Source: an uncultured virus (IMG/VR IMGVR_UViG_3300009182_000047) (Duplodnaviria; Heunggongvirae; Uroviricota; Caudoviricetes). From it: 64,000 nucleotides of DNA. This document shows, one piece after another, positions 9,035 to 17,936 of this stretch (positions are counted from its first letter, which is position 1; every line of letters starts with the position of its first letter). The notes under the pieces are model-generated. The model was given only the letters and a program-made list of their open reading frames with translations. It was not told the origin of the DNA and did no database searches. The stretch is taken from IMG/VR virus record IMGVR_UViG_3300009182_000047, positions 1 to 64,000 of that record. One strand, 5' to 3'. Position numbers and translations under genes: made by a program.

Positions 9035-9658
9035 ATGGCTAAAGATACAAAACATGTGGGAAAAATGAAGAACAACTCTGCAAGGGTTGCGGTAGCATAT
9101 AGGACTATACCTGGCGATGCAAGTAGCGCATTGGTTATTGGAACTAACGGATTGGGAGATGCTTATCACGATTCGCTAATGCAATTAATTGATAGTGAGA
9201 CTGGGCAACAAGCAAATGAATTGGCCGATGTACTGGCTACTCGTAGATTTCCAGACGGGACTGTGATGCTTCAGTGGTTGCACAGTAATGGACATTTGAA
9301 AAAAGTTCCTACAACTCTTGTATTAATGACGCCAAATGCTCAAACTGCAATTCCATTGAATGAAGTTAATCAAATGATTGCAGAACAAAAGGGTGTTAGT
9401 ATTGATGAACTAGCAGTATCTGAAGAAGGGGCTGAACCGGTTAAGAAACCGACTGCTCGAAAAACAGAAGAAATTATCATTGATGACACACCTACACCAG
9501 TTGCAGTTGCTCCGATTGTTAATGAAGCACCGGTAACTGCATCAGATCTCCGATCAATGGCTGATAAACTTTCTAAGCAGGCAGCAGAAATGCGCCGTAA
9601 GGCAGATGAAATGGCTCCGCCTGTTAAGAAAGCCAAGGCAACAAAAGCTGAGGCTTAA
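9035..9658 (+). CDS. Hypothetical phage protein
   Basis: AAGGAG SD. KHVG N-terminus and a basic coiled C-terminus. Confidence 0.75.
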   Translation: MAKDTKHVGKMKNNSARVAVAYRTIPGDASSALVIGTNGLGDAYHDSLMQLIDSETGQQANELADVLATRRFPDGTVMLQWLHSNGHLKKVPTTLVLMTPNAQTAIPLNEVNQMIAEQKGVSIDELAVSEEGAEPVKKPTARKTEEIIIDDTPTPVAVAPIVNEAPVTASDLRSMADKLSKQAAEMRRKADEMAPPVKKAKATKAEA

Positions 9659-9722
9659 TGGTTGACAACTCAATCACATCAGGGCGTAATGCCCTGATCT
9701 CACCTTAGAAAGAATACAACAG

Positions 9723-10601
9723 ATGACTCATCCAGAATTTGCTTATCTTAACGCTTTAAAAGATATTTTAGAAACAGGCGAACATCGGCCAGACCGCACC
9801 GGCGTGGGAACTATCAGTAAATTTGGTATGCAAATGCGATTTGATTTACAGCAAGGGTTTCCAGCAGTTACTACCAAGAAGCTAGCATGGAATGCAATGC
9901 TTTCAGAACTAATTTGGTTCATTAGTGGTAGCGGTGATGAACGTAGGCTCAAAGAAATCTTATTTGACAATGCCAATAGCGAAAAGAAAACTATTTGGTC
10001 CGATAATGCAGAAGCTGCATATTGGAAACCAAAGGCTAAATTTAAAGGTGACTTAGGTCGTGTATATGGCGTACAATGGCGTACATGGCGTGCGCCGGTG
10101 TTTGGTGCAAATCGAATGGGCGTTAAGCACATTGATCAATTACAAAATTTAATTAACGGATTAAAAGATGATCCGTACGGTCGCAGACATATTATTTCAG
10201 CATGGAATCCTGGTGAACTTGATATGATGTCTTTGCCGCCTTGTCATATGATGGCTCAGTTTTATGTTAGCAATGGCAAACTGAGTTGCCAGATGTATCA
10301 ACGTAGTGCTGATATGTTTCTTGGAGTGCCTTTTAACATCGCTAGTTATGCACTATTCACGCATATGGTAGCAAGGACTGTTGGATTAGATGTAGGTGAA
10401 CTGATTATTACATTAGGTGACGCACACATTTATGAAAATCATGTGGAGCAGGTTAAGGAACAGCTTACAAGAGAACCATTGCCTCTACCAAAATTAATGT
10501 TTGATTCTGATGTAACTGATCTAACTAAAATGACAATGGATCATATTTGGCTAGATGGATATACTAGCCACGATGCTATCAAAGCACCTATGGCAGTTTA
10601 A
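9723..10601 (+). CDS. thyA: Thymidylate synthase
   Basis: DRTGVGT, ELIWF, YGVQWR, SAWNP, LPPCH, YQRSADMFLGVPFNIASY, GDAHIY. Confidence 0.97.
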   Translation: MTHPEFAYLNALKDILETGEHRPDRTGVGTISKFGMQMRFDLQQGFPAVTTKKLAWNAMLSELIWFISGSGDERRLKEILFDNANSEKKTIWSDNAEAAYWKPKAKFKGDLGRVYGVQWRTWRAPVFGANRMGVKHIDQLQNLINGLKDDPYGRRHIISAWNPGELDMMSLPPCHMMAQFYVSNGKLSCQMYQRSADMFLGVPFNIASYALFTHMVARTVGLDVGELIITLGDAHIYENHVEQVKEQLTREPLPLPKLMFDSDVTDLTKMTMDHIWLDGYTSHDAIKAPMAV

Positions 10602-11878
10602 ACTTTAACTTCTATAACACCAAAGCCTTGGAGATGATTTTCCAAGGCTTTTCCAATGATTGCATGAGGTGAATCCGAAGAGGTAATAGATGCACAGGCA
10701 TAACCTGGATAATCACTAGTCATTAAAAGATCACCCTTACTAATAAACCCATAAACTTTGCACGGAACACGGCCTTTTAAGGCAATATAGGGGTGAGTTT
10801 CGTCGTTTCCGGCGTCGGAATTCATCATATAGGCAGGGTTTTTAGACACTATGCCAGCTACCGCAGTATCGCCTGCAGATGTAGAAATAGTTACTTCTTT
10901 ATCGCCGCCGATTACTAAAACGGTTCCGGGTTCATATACATCATCTGCTTCATAACGCTCTGCCAAATCTGCATACAGTGCCGATGATGCTATGGTATTT
11001 AAAATTCCGCTACTGGGATTGAAATTAATTTTAGGACTTATGTAGACATCATTAGTTAATGTATTGATAAATGGCACATAAAATGTAGCATTAGTTCCAG
11101 TAATTGACGCAGAAATTCCATTGGTAGCTGTGGCAGTATCTGCATGAATAGCCCTTAAAGATTCTGCCGCTGTTCCCCAAAAGTATTTGTCTTTGGCTAA
11201 ACCAGTGACTTCCTTCCTGGATGACCCTGTTATCGGATCTGCTCCTTCTAATGTTATACCTGCTTTAATTTCCGTAAATACATCTGTCCTAGCGGGATAC
11301 GTCGGTGCATCACCTGACACTTCTGTATAATTTGCCAATGCATATCCTTCAGCTGATGCAATGGCAACAATTTCGTTATCAGGTCCTATAATTGCTTTAA
11401 TATTATATACAGGAAGTGCTGATGCTGCATCGTACTCAAAATCTCCTCTCCATTGGGCTTTTATGTCCGAACCAGAAGGAGGACCAATTAAAATATAATC
11501 AGTTCCATTCCATATTTTTAATTGCTGTGAAAGGGTGTCGTACCAGATATCTCCAGTAACTGATTCAGCAGGAGCCATATCACTGATACTCGAAACTGCC
11601 AACCTTCTAAATTTTGCAAGAGTAGTGCCGCTTGCTTCAGCATAGCACACATTTAACGCATTATTTGTTGGGTTATACCAGATCTGTCCTAGTATAGGAT
11701 TTAACGGTGCAGTAGTGTTTGAAAAATTTTCTAATAATTTTAAGAAATTCTCGTTTTGAACTTGACCATACCCGCTATAGTTTTTACCTACAAATGTTAA
11801 ATCAGTAGTTTGGTCAATTGCAGCATCCTGGACTGCTGTAATAACAGTTCCGTTTGTTTTAGATAGAATATATGACAT
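10598..11878 (-). CDS. Tail fibre/virion protein with C-terminal intramolecular-chaperone-like (peptidase G2-type) domain
   Basis: N-terminal ENFLKLLENF..GQIWY module. C-terminal ADLAERY...PGTVLVIGG...IALKGRVPCKV...IGKALE. Confidence 0.7.
   Translation of the reverse strand: MSYILSKTNGTVITAVQDAAIDQTTDLTFVGKNYSGYGQVQNENFLKLLENFSNTTAPLNPILGQIWYNPTNNALNVCYAEASGTTLAKFRRLAVSSISDMAPAESVTGDIWYDTLSQQLKIWNGTDYILIGPPSGSDIKAQWRGDFEYDAASALPVYNIKAIIGPDNEIVAIASAEGYALANYTEVSGDAPTYPARTDVFTEIKAGITLEGADPITGSSRKEVTGLAKDKYFWGTAAESLRAIHADTATATNGISASITGTNATFYVPFINTLTNDVYISPKINFNPSSGILNTIASSALYADLAERYEADDVYEPGTVLVIGGDKEVTISTSAGDTAVAGIVSKNPAYMMNSDAGNDETHPYIALKGRVPCKVYGFISKGDLLMTSDYPGYACASITSSDSPHAIIGKALENHLQGFGVIEVKV
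10622..10652 (+). terminator. Putative terminator hairpin embedded in the 3' end of the convergent fibre gene
   Basis: AAAGCCTTGGAGA-TGAT-TTTCCAAGGCTTT(T), a 13-bp stem 20 nt after the thyA stop. Confidence 0.45.
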
Positions 11879-11890
11879 TATTAAAAATCC

Positions 11891-12955
11891 TTAAAGCACA
11901 ATGTTGGTATTAGTAGATGCTGCCCACAACCAACAAACAGAAGGCCCTACAATAGCAGTAATTGTAGATGTCCAAGAATAAGAGTAGTTATTGAACGGTT
12001 CCCACCAATTAGGTCCGTACAGATTATTCAATACAAATTTTCTAACAGATATTTCATCGTTGTATGCGCAAACTACTGATACTTGAGAACCTAAAAAATA
12101 GGTTGCAGTTGAAAACATCTTTGAAAGACTGTTGGCAATAGAAATATTAGCATCATTGTATGCCTTAAGATTAGAATTTCCTAATCCAAAAGTACTTGTT
12201 GTCATAGTTGCAGTATATATACCGAACTGAGTTATAGGATAATATGCTGTTAAATCCTTACGTGTTCCTTCAATTTGTTCAGAATTAACTTTTAATTTTC
12301 CGCCTAGATACACATCTCTTATAACATTCAAATCTGTTAACAGTGTAACCCCATTAGCAATATATGTAGATTGCCCTTGACGTGATGTTCCTGCAAGGTA
12401 GATTGTAGAAGACGACGCCTCCATTAAAAAAGAAGCAGTAGTAATAATACCAACATAGCTTCCATATGAGTTTATTAATGCAACTTTTTGTGCAACTTTT
12501 GTATAATCATCTCTAATAGGAGATGAAGGAGGAAGAATTCCAATTTTACCCAACAGAGAAGAAGTTGCTGGTCCTACTAAATTATAACTTGCACCATTCC
12601 ACACTCTTAACTGACTATTAACTGTATCATACCAAAAATCACCTGTACTGGTAGTAACAGGTTGTGTTCCACTTACATGAGATCCATATGTAGGTTGAAA
12701 AGATGTACCATCATAAACTTTTAATCGTTTTGCAGTTTTATCAAACCACATTTGACCAATTTGCGGACTTCTAGGTTGTTCAGTATTGGGAGATGCAAAA
12801 CTAGTTAAAAGTCTAATTAAGTTGGTATTGTAGTATTCACCGTAGTTATTTACATTTTTACCTATTAGATCTAAGCTAGTAGAGAAACTATCAACTTCGC
12901 CAATTGCAATAGTTGATAAAACTGTTCCGTCATTGTTGTATATAGTGTAGGCCAT
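11891..12955 (-). CDS. Tail fibre/virion structural protein (paralogous N-terminus)
   Basis: SLDLIGKN..NYG...NLIRLL..F...GQMWFD and GDFWYD repeats. Confidence 0.65.
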   Translation of the reverse strand: MAYTIYNNDGTVLSTIAIGEVDSFSTSLDLIGKNVNNYGEYYNTNLIRLLTSFASPNTEQPRSPQIGQMWFDKTAKRLKVYDGTSFQPTYGSHVSGTQPVTTSTGDFWYDTVNSQLRVWNGASYNLVGPATSSLLGKIGILPPSSPIRDDYTKVAQKVALINSYGSYVGIITTASFLMEASSSTIYLAGTSRQGQSTYIANGVTLLTDLNVIRDVYLGGKLKVNSEQIEGTRKDLTAYYPITQFGIYTATMTTSTFGLGNSNLKAYNDANISIANSLSKMFSTATYFLGSQVSVVCAYNDEISVRKFVLNNLYGPNWWEPFNNYSYSWTSTITAIVGPSVCWLWAASTNTNIVL

Positions 12956-12956
12956 T

Positions 12957-14720
12957 TTATGTTTTTATGAGATAGAAGATTGGAAATCCATTTGTTCCAG
13001 ACACGGTAGCAGTTGTTAAATTAGGAATTCTAAAAAATCCGGCAGTAGCTGTACCATAATTATTGTGAACAAGATTAAACAGACTTGTATAATTTGACGA
13101 AGTGTGCTGTGAGCCATCACATAACAAATATCCTATCTGGGTAGATGTTACTGAAGGAATTATCATGCCTGTTTGTATTAAATTAGGATATACATCAGAT
13201 AAAAAATTAGGCTTTGAAATACTATTCAAAGATGTATTAGTATCAATTGAATCTAACACCATTAATGTCTGAGTGGGCGTAGTAGTCGATGTGCTAACTA
13301 AATCAGATATAAGACTTCTATGAGCAGTTGCCGTAAAGACAACGTTATTTGTTCCGTTAAACAATCCCTGGCCCGAATCTAAACATGCGGTTACTACGCC
13401 AGTTATACTAAGTTTTCTAGCAGTTTCTAATGTAGTAGCGGTAGTAACGCTTCCATAAATCTTAACATATGTGCTCGAGCTACCAATATTAGCCACGTAG
13501 ATATTTTCAAAAGGCTTAGATGATGTTCCTATGCTCCTAGTTAAATTTGCAGGAATAATATCGCCAACTGTCACTGCCGACCCTGTAGAAATTTCAGATA
13601 CTCCATGGATATTTAAATCACCGGCTATTGAGGTGTTTCCAGAAATTGCTGCCGATCCTGTAAGGGTAAGACCAACAGTTGCATTAGTCGGAGCTACAAT
13701 TCTTAAATTATCTTTAACAATCGCAGAGCCATAACTAACAAATGTTCTAACTGTAGATTCACTGACAAATGAAGTTAATGTATTAATGTATACTGTTCCA
13801 TTAGATCCGTCAAATTTTATGTAGGAGCTATTATACACTCCTATTTTTAATGAAGAACTAGCAGATGCGTAATTAAAAACAGCACCGGAAGAAGTGGTAT
13901 AAATTTGAATCTCTTTACCATTTGTTCGTTTAACAAATAGTCCTGTGTTAGATTCTATTACAAGCGAGCCGTAGTGTGTTTGTCTGCTAGAAGTTGGAAT
14001 TCTATTTTTTAAAATTTCACTGGCTAAAATAACTACACCTTTTGATATTTCCAGTGCGCTAGCCCTATCGGCTAGGCCGCCATATTTTGCGGAAACTTTT
14101 GTAGTAAGATTAATGCCTGGATTTAAATTAGAGAACCCGCTAATAACTGTCCTTGGTGTAAAACTATTATAAGCAATGATTTCAACAACATGCCCGTTTA
14201 CCCAATTTAATATTACGGGGTAAGTTTCTCCAGTATTGCTTATTAAATTTACACTTTCACTACCTGTTTTACTATCACCGGTAGATACATTTGGACCTAC
14301 TAATGTCCATTCATTTCCGTATCTAATTTTAAGTTGGGTATTACCTGTATCAACCCACATATCCCCATCTAAAAGAGTTTGGCTGTATTGTATGCTAGGA
14401 TCGTTCGACTGCTGATATATACCGGTTGCACTGGGCCAACGGGCACTTGTTGATGCACCGTTATTAATTCTTAGTATTTTTCTGCTAGGATCACTAGTAT
14501 CATACCATAATTGTCCCTCTATAGGACTTGTAGGAGGATTTGGACTGGCAAAGTTTTCTAATAATTTTACAAAGTTTTGTGCAATAGCTTGACCGTAGGC
14601 CACATATCCAGGTCCTACCAAATCTAAACTAGTATCATATGTATTTCTAACAGGACCAGTAACAGAAATTGTATTAGTTTTGCTAGGATCAGAAAAATTT
14701 AATGTATATGATAACGCCAT
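12957..14720 (-). CDS. Tail fibre protein with C-terminal tail-collar domain
   Basis: Same N-terminal module (LLENF, GQLWYD). C-terminal GMIIP..GYLLCDG..Y..LF..YG..FRIPNL collar motif. Confidence 0.7.
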   Translation of the reverse strand: MALSYTLNFSDPSKTNTISVTGPVRNTYDTSLDLVGPGYVAYGQAIAQNFVKLLENFASPNPPTSPIEGQLWYDTSDPSRKILRINNGASTSARWPSATGIYQQSNDPSIQYSQTLLDGDMWVDTGNTQLKIRYGNEWTLVGPNVSTGDSKTGSESVNLISNTGETYPVILNWVNGHVVEIIAYNSFTPRTVISGFSNLNPGINLTTKVSAKYGGLADRASALEISKGVVILASEILKNRIPTSSRQTHYGSLVIESNTGLFVKRTNGKEIQIYTTSSGAVFNYASASSSLKIGVYNSSYIKFDGSNGTVYINTLTSFVSESTVRTFVSYGSAIVKDNLRIVAPTNATVGLTLTGSAAISGNTSIAGDLNIHGVSEISTGSAVTVGDIIPANLTRSIGTSSKPFENIYVANIGSSSTYVKIYGSVTTATTLETARKLSITGVVTACLDSGQGLFNGTNNVVFTATAHRSLISDLVSTSTTTPTQTLMVLDSIDTNTSLNSISKPNFLSDVYPNLIQTGMIIPSVTSTQIGYLLCDGSQHTSSNYTSLFNLVHNNYGTATAGFFRIPNLTTATVSGTNGFPIFYLIKT

Positions 14721-14722
14721 GA

Positions 14723-15388
14723 TTAGTTCCCAGAATTAGTTAAACTCTGAATTCGAATTGTGTAATCAATTTGAATCAATCTGTTCAAACTTTTTTGTAC
14801 AGGGTGAAAAATTACATGAGTTAATAGCATTCCGGTATTTGGGCCCTCGGTGCTAAAAGATTTTAAACCCAACTCATCAAATACATAAGCCCCGTCTGAA
14901 TTAGTAGAATTATCAAACGCTGCTTGATCGCTCGGTTCTCCAAAATCTAATAAGCAACTTACCAGAACATCCGTATATGCAACGCCGGCCACATGCCTAG
15001 TTTCCATAAAATTTCTTGCAGGGTCTAGAGAATATGATTGTCGAGCATCAACGGTCTTGTAATAAGTTTGGTTATATAATGCTGCAATGTTACCAACGGT
15101 GTTGGGAGTTAGATATGTAATGATGCCAGTAGGATCTATACGTGTTCCGCCGTTGCCGAATACCATTTCGGCAATTGGTCCTTCTCCTCTATTTGCAACA
15201 CTTTGTGCAAGGGCAATACTAAAATTTTCATAATGTATAGCATTTCTTTTGTCAATGAATACTTCTTTAGTTTCAGGATCGTAGATTTTAATATGGCCCT
15301 GAATACTAACACCACTTTTTTCATTTGGTTTAGATTGGGGTGCCGGATTAGAATCTTTTGGTAAATTACTCATATTTTTATCTTCCAT
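14723..15388 (-). CDS. Virion/baseplate structural protein
   Basis: FDELGL...LTHVIFHPVQKSLNR. GATAAATA late box 5 nt upstream. Lies in the tail operon. Confidence 0.6.
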   Translation of the reverse strand: MEDKNMSNLPKDSNPAPQSKPNEKSGVSIQGHIKIYDPETKEVFIDKRNAIHYENFSIALAQSVANRGEGPIAEMVFGNGGTRIDPTGIITYLTPNTVGNIAALYNQTYYKTVDARQSYSLDPARNFMETRHVAGVAYTDVLVSCLLDFGEPSDQAAFDNSTNSDGAYVFDELGLKSFSTEGPNTGMLLTHVIFHPVQKSLNRLIQIDYTIRIQSLTNSGN

Positions 15389-15420
15389 AATGATATTTAT
15401 CCATATAATTTATTAGCATG

Positions 15421-17082
15421 TTATCTTCCATAACGGTAAATCTTAGGTCTAGGCCAAGTCTGTCCTTGGGTAGGTCGATTGCCTAAATTTATTTTAGGTC
15501 CAATTTGTCCAAAAATTTGGCGTTCTTTATAAAAATAGAGATATCTATTTTCCGATCCTTGAAGATCGGTATAATCAGTTGCGCCGCCAGTTCCTGCTGT
15601 AATTTGATTTTTTGTAGAGTGGGATTGTATATATGTAGATATTTGACTTTGTTTCATTGTAGGCCAGGTTTCAGCAACGCAGGCAACCACACCTGCGACC
15701 TGAGGACTAGCCATGGATGTTCCAGATTTTTTAGAAATATAATACGCAGTATTTCTAACATCATTTGAGAATGCGTTAATGGTTGAATTTACAGAACTCA
15801 TTATATAACTACCGGGAGCATAAAGATCTACCCTAGGGCCGCAGTTACTAAACGATGCCTTAGCTTCATTAACAGTTGATCCGACACATCCTACGCAAAT
15901 TGCACCAAGTACTGCTGTAATTGATCCACGCAAATAATAATATATAAAGGACCCAACGGCAAAATAATTATTGTAATCATCAGTAACAGTTGCGCTGTAA
16001 TTGCTTACCTTGCTAAACTGATTTCCGGCGGCGCCTACAACTATTACTCCGGCGGCCATAAGATCAATTAAATCTTGTTCTATTGAAGTATTCCTTACTG
16101 AAGGATACGCATAACCACCAGTATTGTATATTCCGTAGTTACTTAATTGCAAACTTGTAAATGGACCATTTATAATTGTTCCATTTATTCTAACAGAAGT
16201 AATTGAAGTAATTGCAACTTTTCCAGTTAATCCGTAACTGTGATTTGTAACGGTTGGATTTTTAATACCAGTTATTGGGTTGGGCAATTTATTTTGATGC
16301 CACACTTTGACGTAGTCGATGAAATAAATTGTAGATGCACTAGGACTGCTTGCATACGGACTTATATTATATATATTAGCATCATGGGCCCAACCTTGTG
16401 TATTGCCTGCTGTAATTCCAGCAACGTGTGTTCCGTGATCGTTATCGGTTGTTCTGTCTGAATATCCATCTCCATTAGTATCGGGATAAGTTGGATCAAC
16501 ATAGGGAGTATAGATATATGTACCCGCAGATCCTCCAGTAACTGTAGGATTTAAATTGAACCAATTATACTGAACTACTCTAGATCCTCCTGTACCATCA
16601 TTATTGACTGCAAACTCGGGGTGATTAGGATTCATATGCCCGTCTACTATGACAACATCTACATTTTTACCGCTAGCAGTTACATTAATTTCTCCAGTGA
16701 CTGATGACACAGCACCGTTAGATCCCCAACTAGGTCGAGTTGCTCCCTCGACTGATCTTAATAATCCCCAATTTTTGTAATTATCTGCAACTGAATTGGA
16801 TTTATTCCAGTATATACTTACTTCTGTCCAGCTTGGACTTAAAATTAATCCCTGTTCTTTAATTGATAGATCGACTTCTAGAACCCTAGGATCATGTCTA
16901 ATCTGATTGGCTTCTTCTTCAGTTAACAAATAATGTGTATTTCTGCTAACTGGTCGTCTATTGAAAACTTCGACTGCTCTATCAGGAATATATAAATTTC
17001 CACCAGGAGTTTCCATATCCTCATAGAATGAGTCTAAGTCCTCATGCTTGTGTAAAGTTACAACATATTCGCAAGTTTCCAT
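15421..17082 (-). CDS. Subtilisin-like serine protease (peptidase S8) with N-terminal pro-domain
   Basis: Catalytic triad motifs VIVDG, HGTHVAG and GTSMASPQVAG. Oxyanion GAAGN. Confidence 0.92.
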   Translation of the reverse strand: METCEYVVTLHKHEDLDSFYEDMETPGGNLYIPDRAVEVFNRRPVSRNTHYLLTEEEANQIRHDPRVLEVDLSIKEQGLILSPSWTEVSIYWNKSNSVADNYKNWGLLRSVEGATRPSWGSNGAVSSVTGEINVTASGKNVDVVIVDGHMNPNHPEFAVNNDGTGGSRVVQYNWFNLNPTVTGGSAGTYIYTPYVDPTYPDTNGDGYSDRTTDNDHGTHVAGITAGNTQGWAHDANIYNISPYASSPSASTIYFIDYVKVWHQNKLPNPITGIKNPTVTNHSYGLTGKVAITSITSVRINGTIINGPFTSLQLSNYGIYNTGGYAYPSVRNTSIEQDLIDLMAAGVIVVGAAGNQFSKVSNYSATVTDDYNNYFAVGSFIYYYLRGSITAVLGAICVGCVGSTVNEAKASFSNCGPRVDLYAPGSYIMSSVNSTINAFSNDVRNTAYYISKKSGTSMASPQVAGVVACVAETWPTMKQSQISTYIQSHSTKNQITAGTGGATDYTDLQGSENRYLYFYKERQIFGQIGPKINLGNRPTQGQTWPRPKIYRYGR

Positions 17083-17083
17083 A

Positions 17084-17935
17084 TTAGGCTTCCAATTGTA
17101 ATAAGTTTAATGTTACAGTTATAACTCTTGAAGAGATGTCTTTATTGGTAACTGCCAAATATATAGTAGATGTAGTGACAGTATCATTATTAAATCCGAC
17201 AACTCCCGGAGTAATTAATTGTGTTAATGCAGTAGCGGTAGTAATAACTTCTGCAATAACGCCAGCGCCCGGTAACGGATCATTACCTTCTGATCTAGCA
17301 GCATCGGCAGTTCTACTAGCAGCATCGGTGTATATTCTAACCCATGCAGGATAGTTAGTAACAACTTTTGACAATAGATAAGACTTGTATCCAGATGCTT
17401 GACAATTTCCAGTTTGATTTGTAGCTAAACTTGATCCAGTGATTGCTGCAACCGACGACCTCGATGATAATCCTATACCCGTTCCAACAGTAAACGGTCT
17501 CCACATATTAGTACTTGTGCTCCATACCAGGGCCTGACCATTAGTCGGGCGTACTGTTGTTGTATCGACATCGATAAATGAATCAATGCTGGTTGCAGTA
17601 TAAGGAGCAGGACTTCCAATTAAAGACAAATAGTTGCCCGTTGTCGAAACGGCGGCCAGTGTGATCCAGGTAGTAGTATAATTTGCATTTGTAAGTTTTG
17701 ATAAAACTTGTCCAGCAATACCGCCTGTTGGCACCCCAATACCGTCAATTCCATTAACTCCATTAGTACCGGTATTTCCCTTGGGTCCTTTAAATCCATC
17801 ATTGGTTAAATCAGTTTTAAGCTGAGTTTTAAAAGTTTGATAAGTAAGTCGTTTCGTAAGTTTATTGTCAACTACAACAAACGTTGTTAGATCTGTTGCG
17901 ACAGCAATAGTTGGTAATAGCGTAATATTTGGCAT
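17084..17935 (-). CDS. Virion fibre-like protein with short collagen-like segment
   Basis: GPKGNTGTNGVNGIDG (Gly-X-Y), GG..GQVL.K and P.NGQALVW motifs. Confidence 0.6.
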   Translation of the reverse strand: MPNITLLPTIAVATDLTTFVVVDNKLTKRLTYQTFKTQLKTDLTNDGFKGPKGNTGTNGVNGIDGIGVPTGGIAGQVLSKLTNANYTTTWITLAAVSTTGNYLSLIGSPAPYTATSIDSFIDVDTTTVRPTNGQALVWSTSTNMWRPFTVGTGIGLSSRSSVAAITGSSLATNQTGNCQASGYKSYLLSKVVTNYPAWVRIYTDAASRTADAARSEGNDPLPGAGVIAEVITTATALTQLITPGVVGFNNDTVTTSTIYLAVTNKDISSRVITVTLNLLQLEA

Positions 17936-17936
17936 T

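Noticed and set aside
9723..10601. Intron in thyA (as in T4 td), or inteins in core genes
   Set aside because: thyA is continuous and of normal length. No intein-like insertions were evident in gp46, portal or capsid genes.
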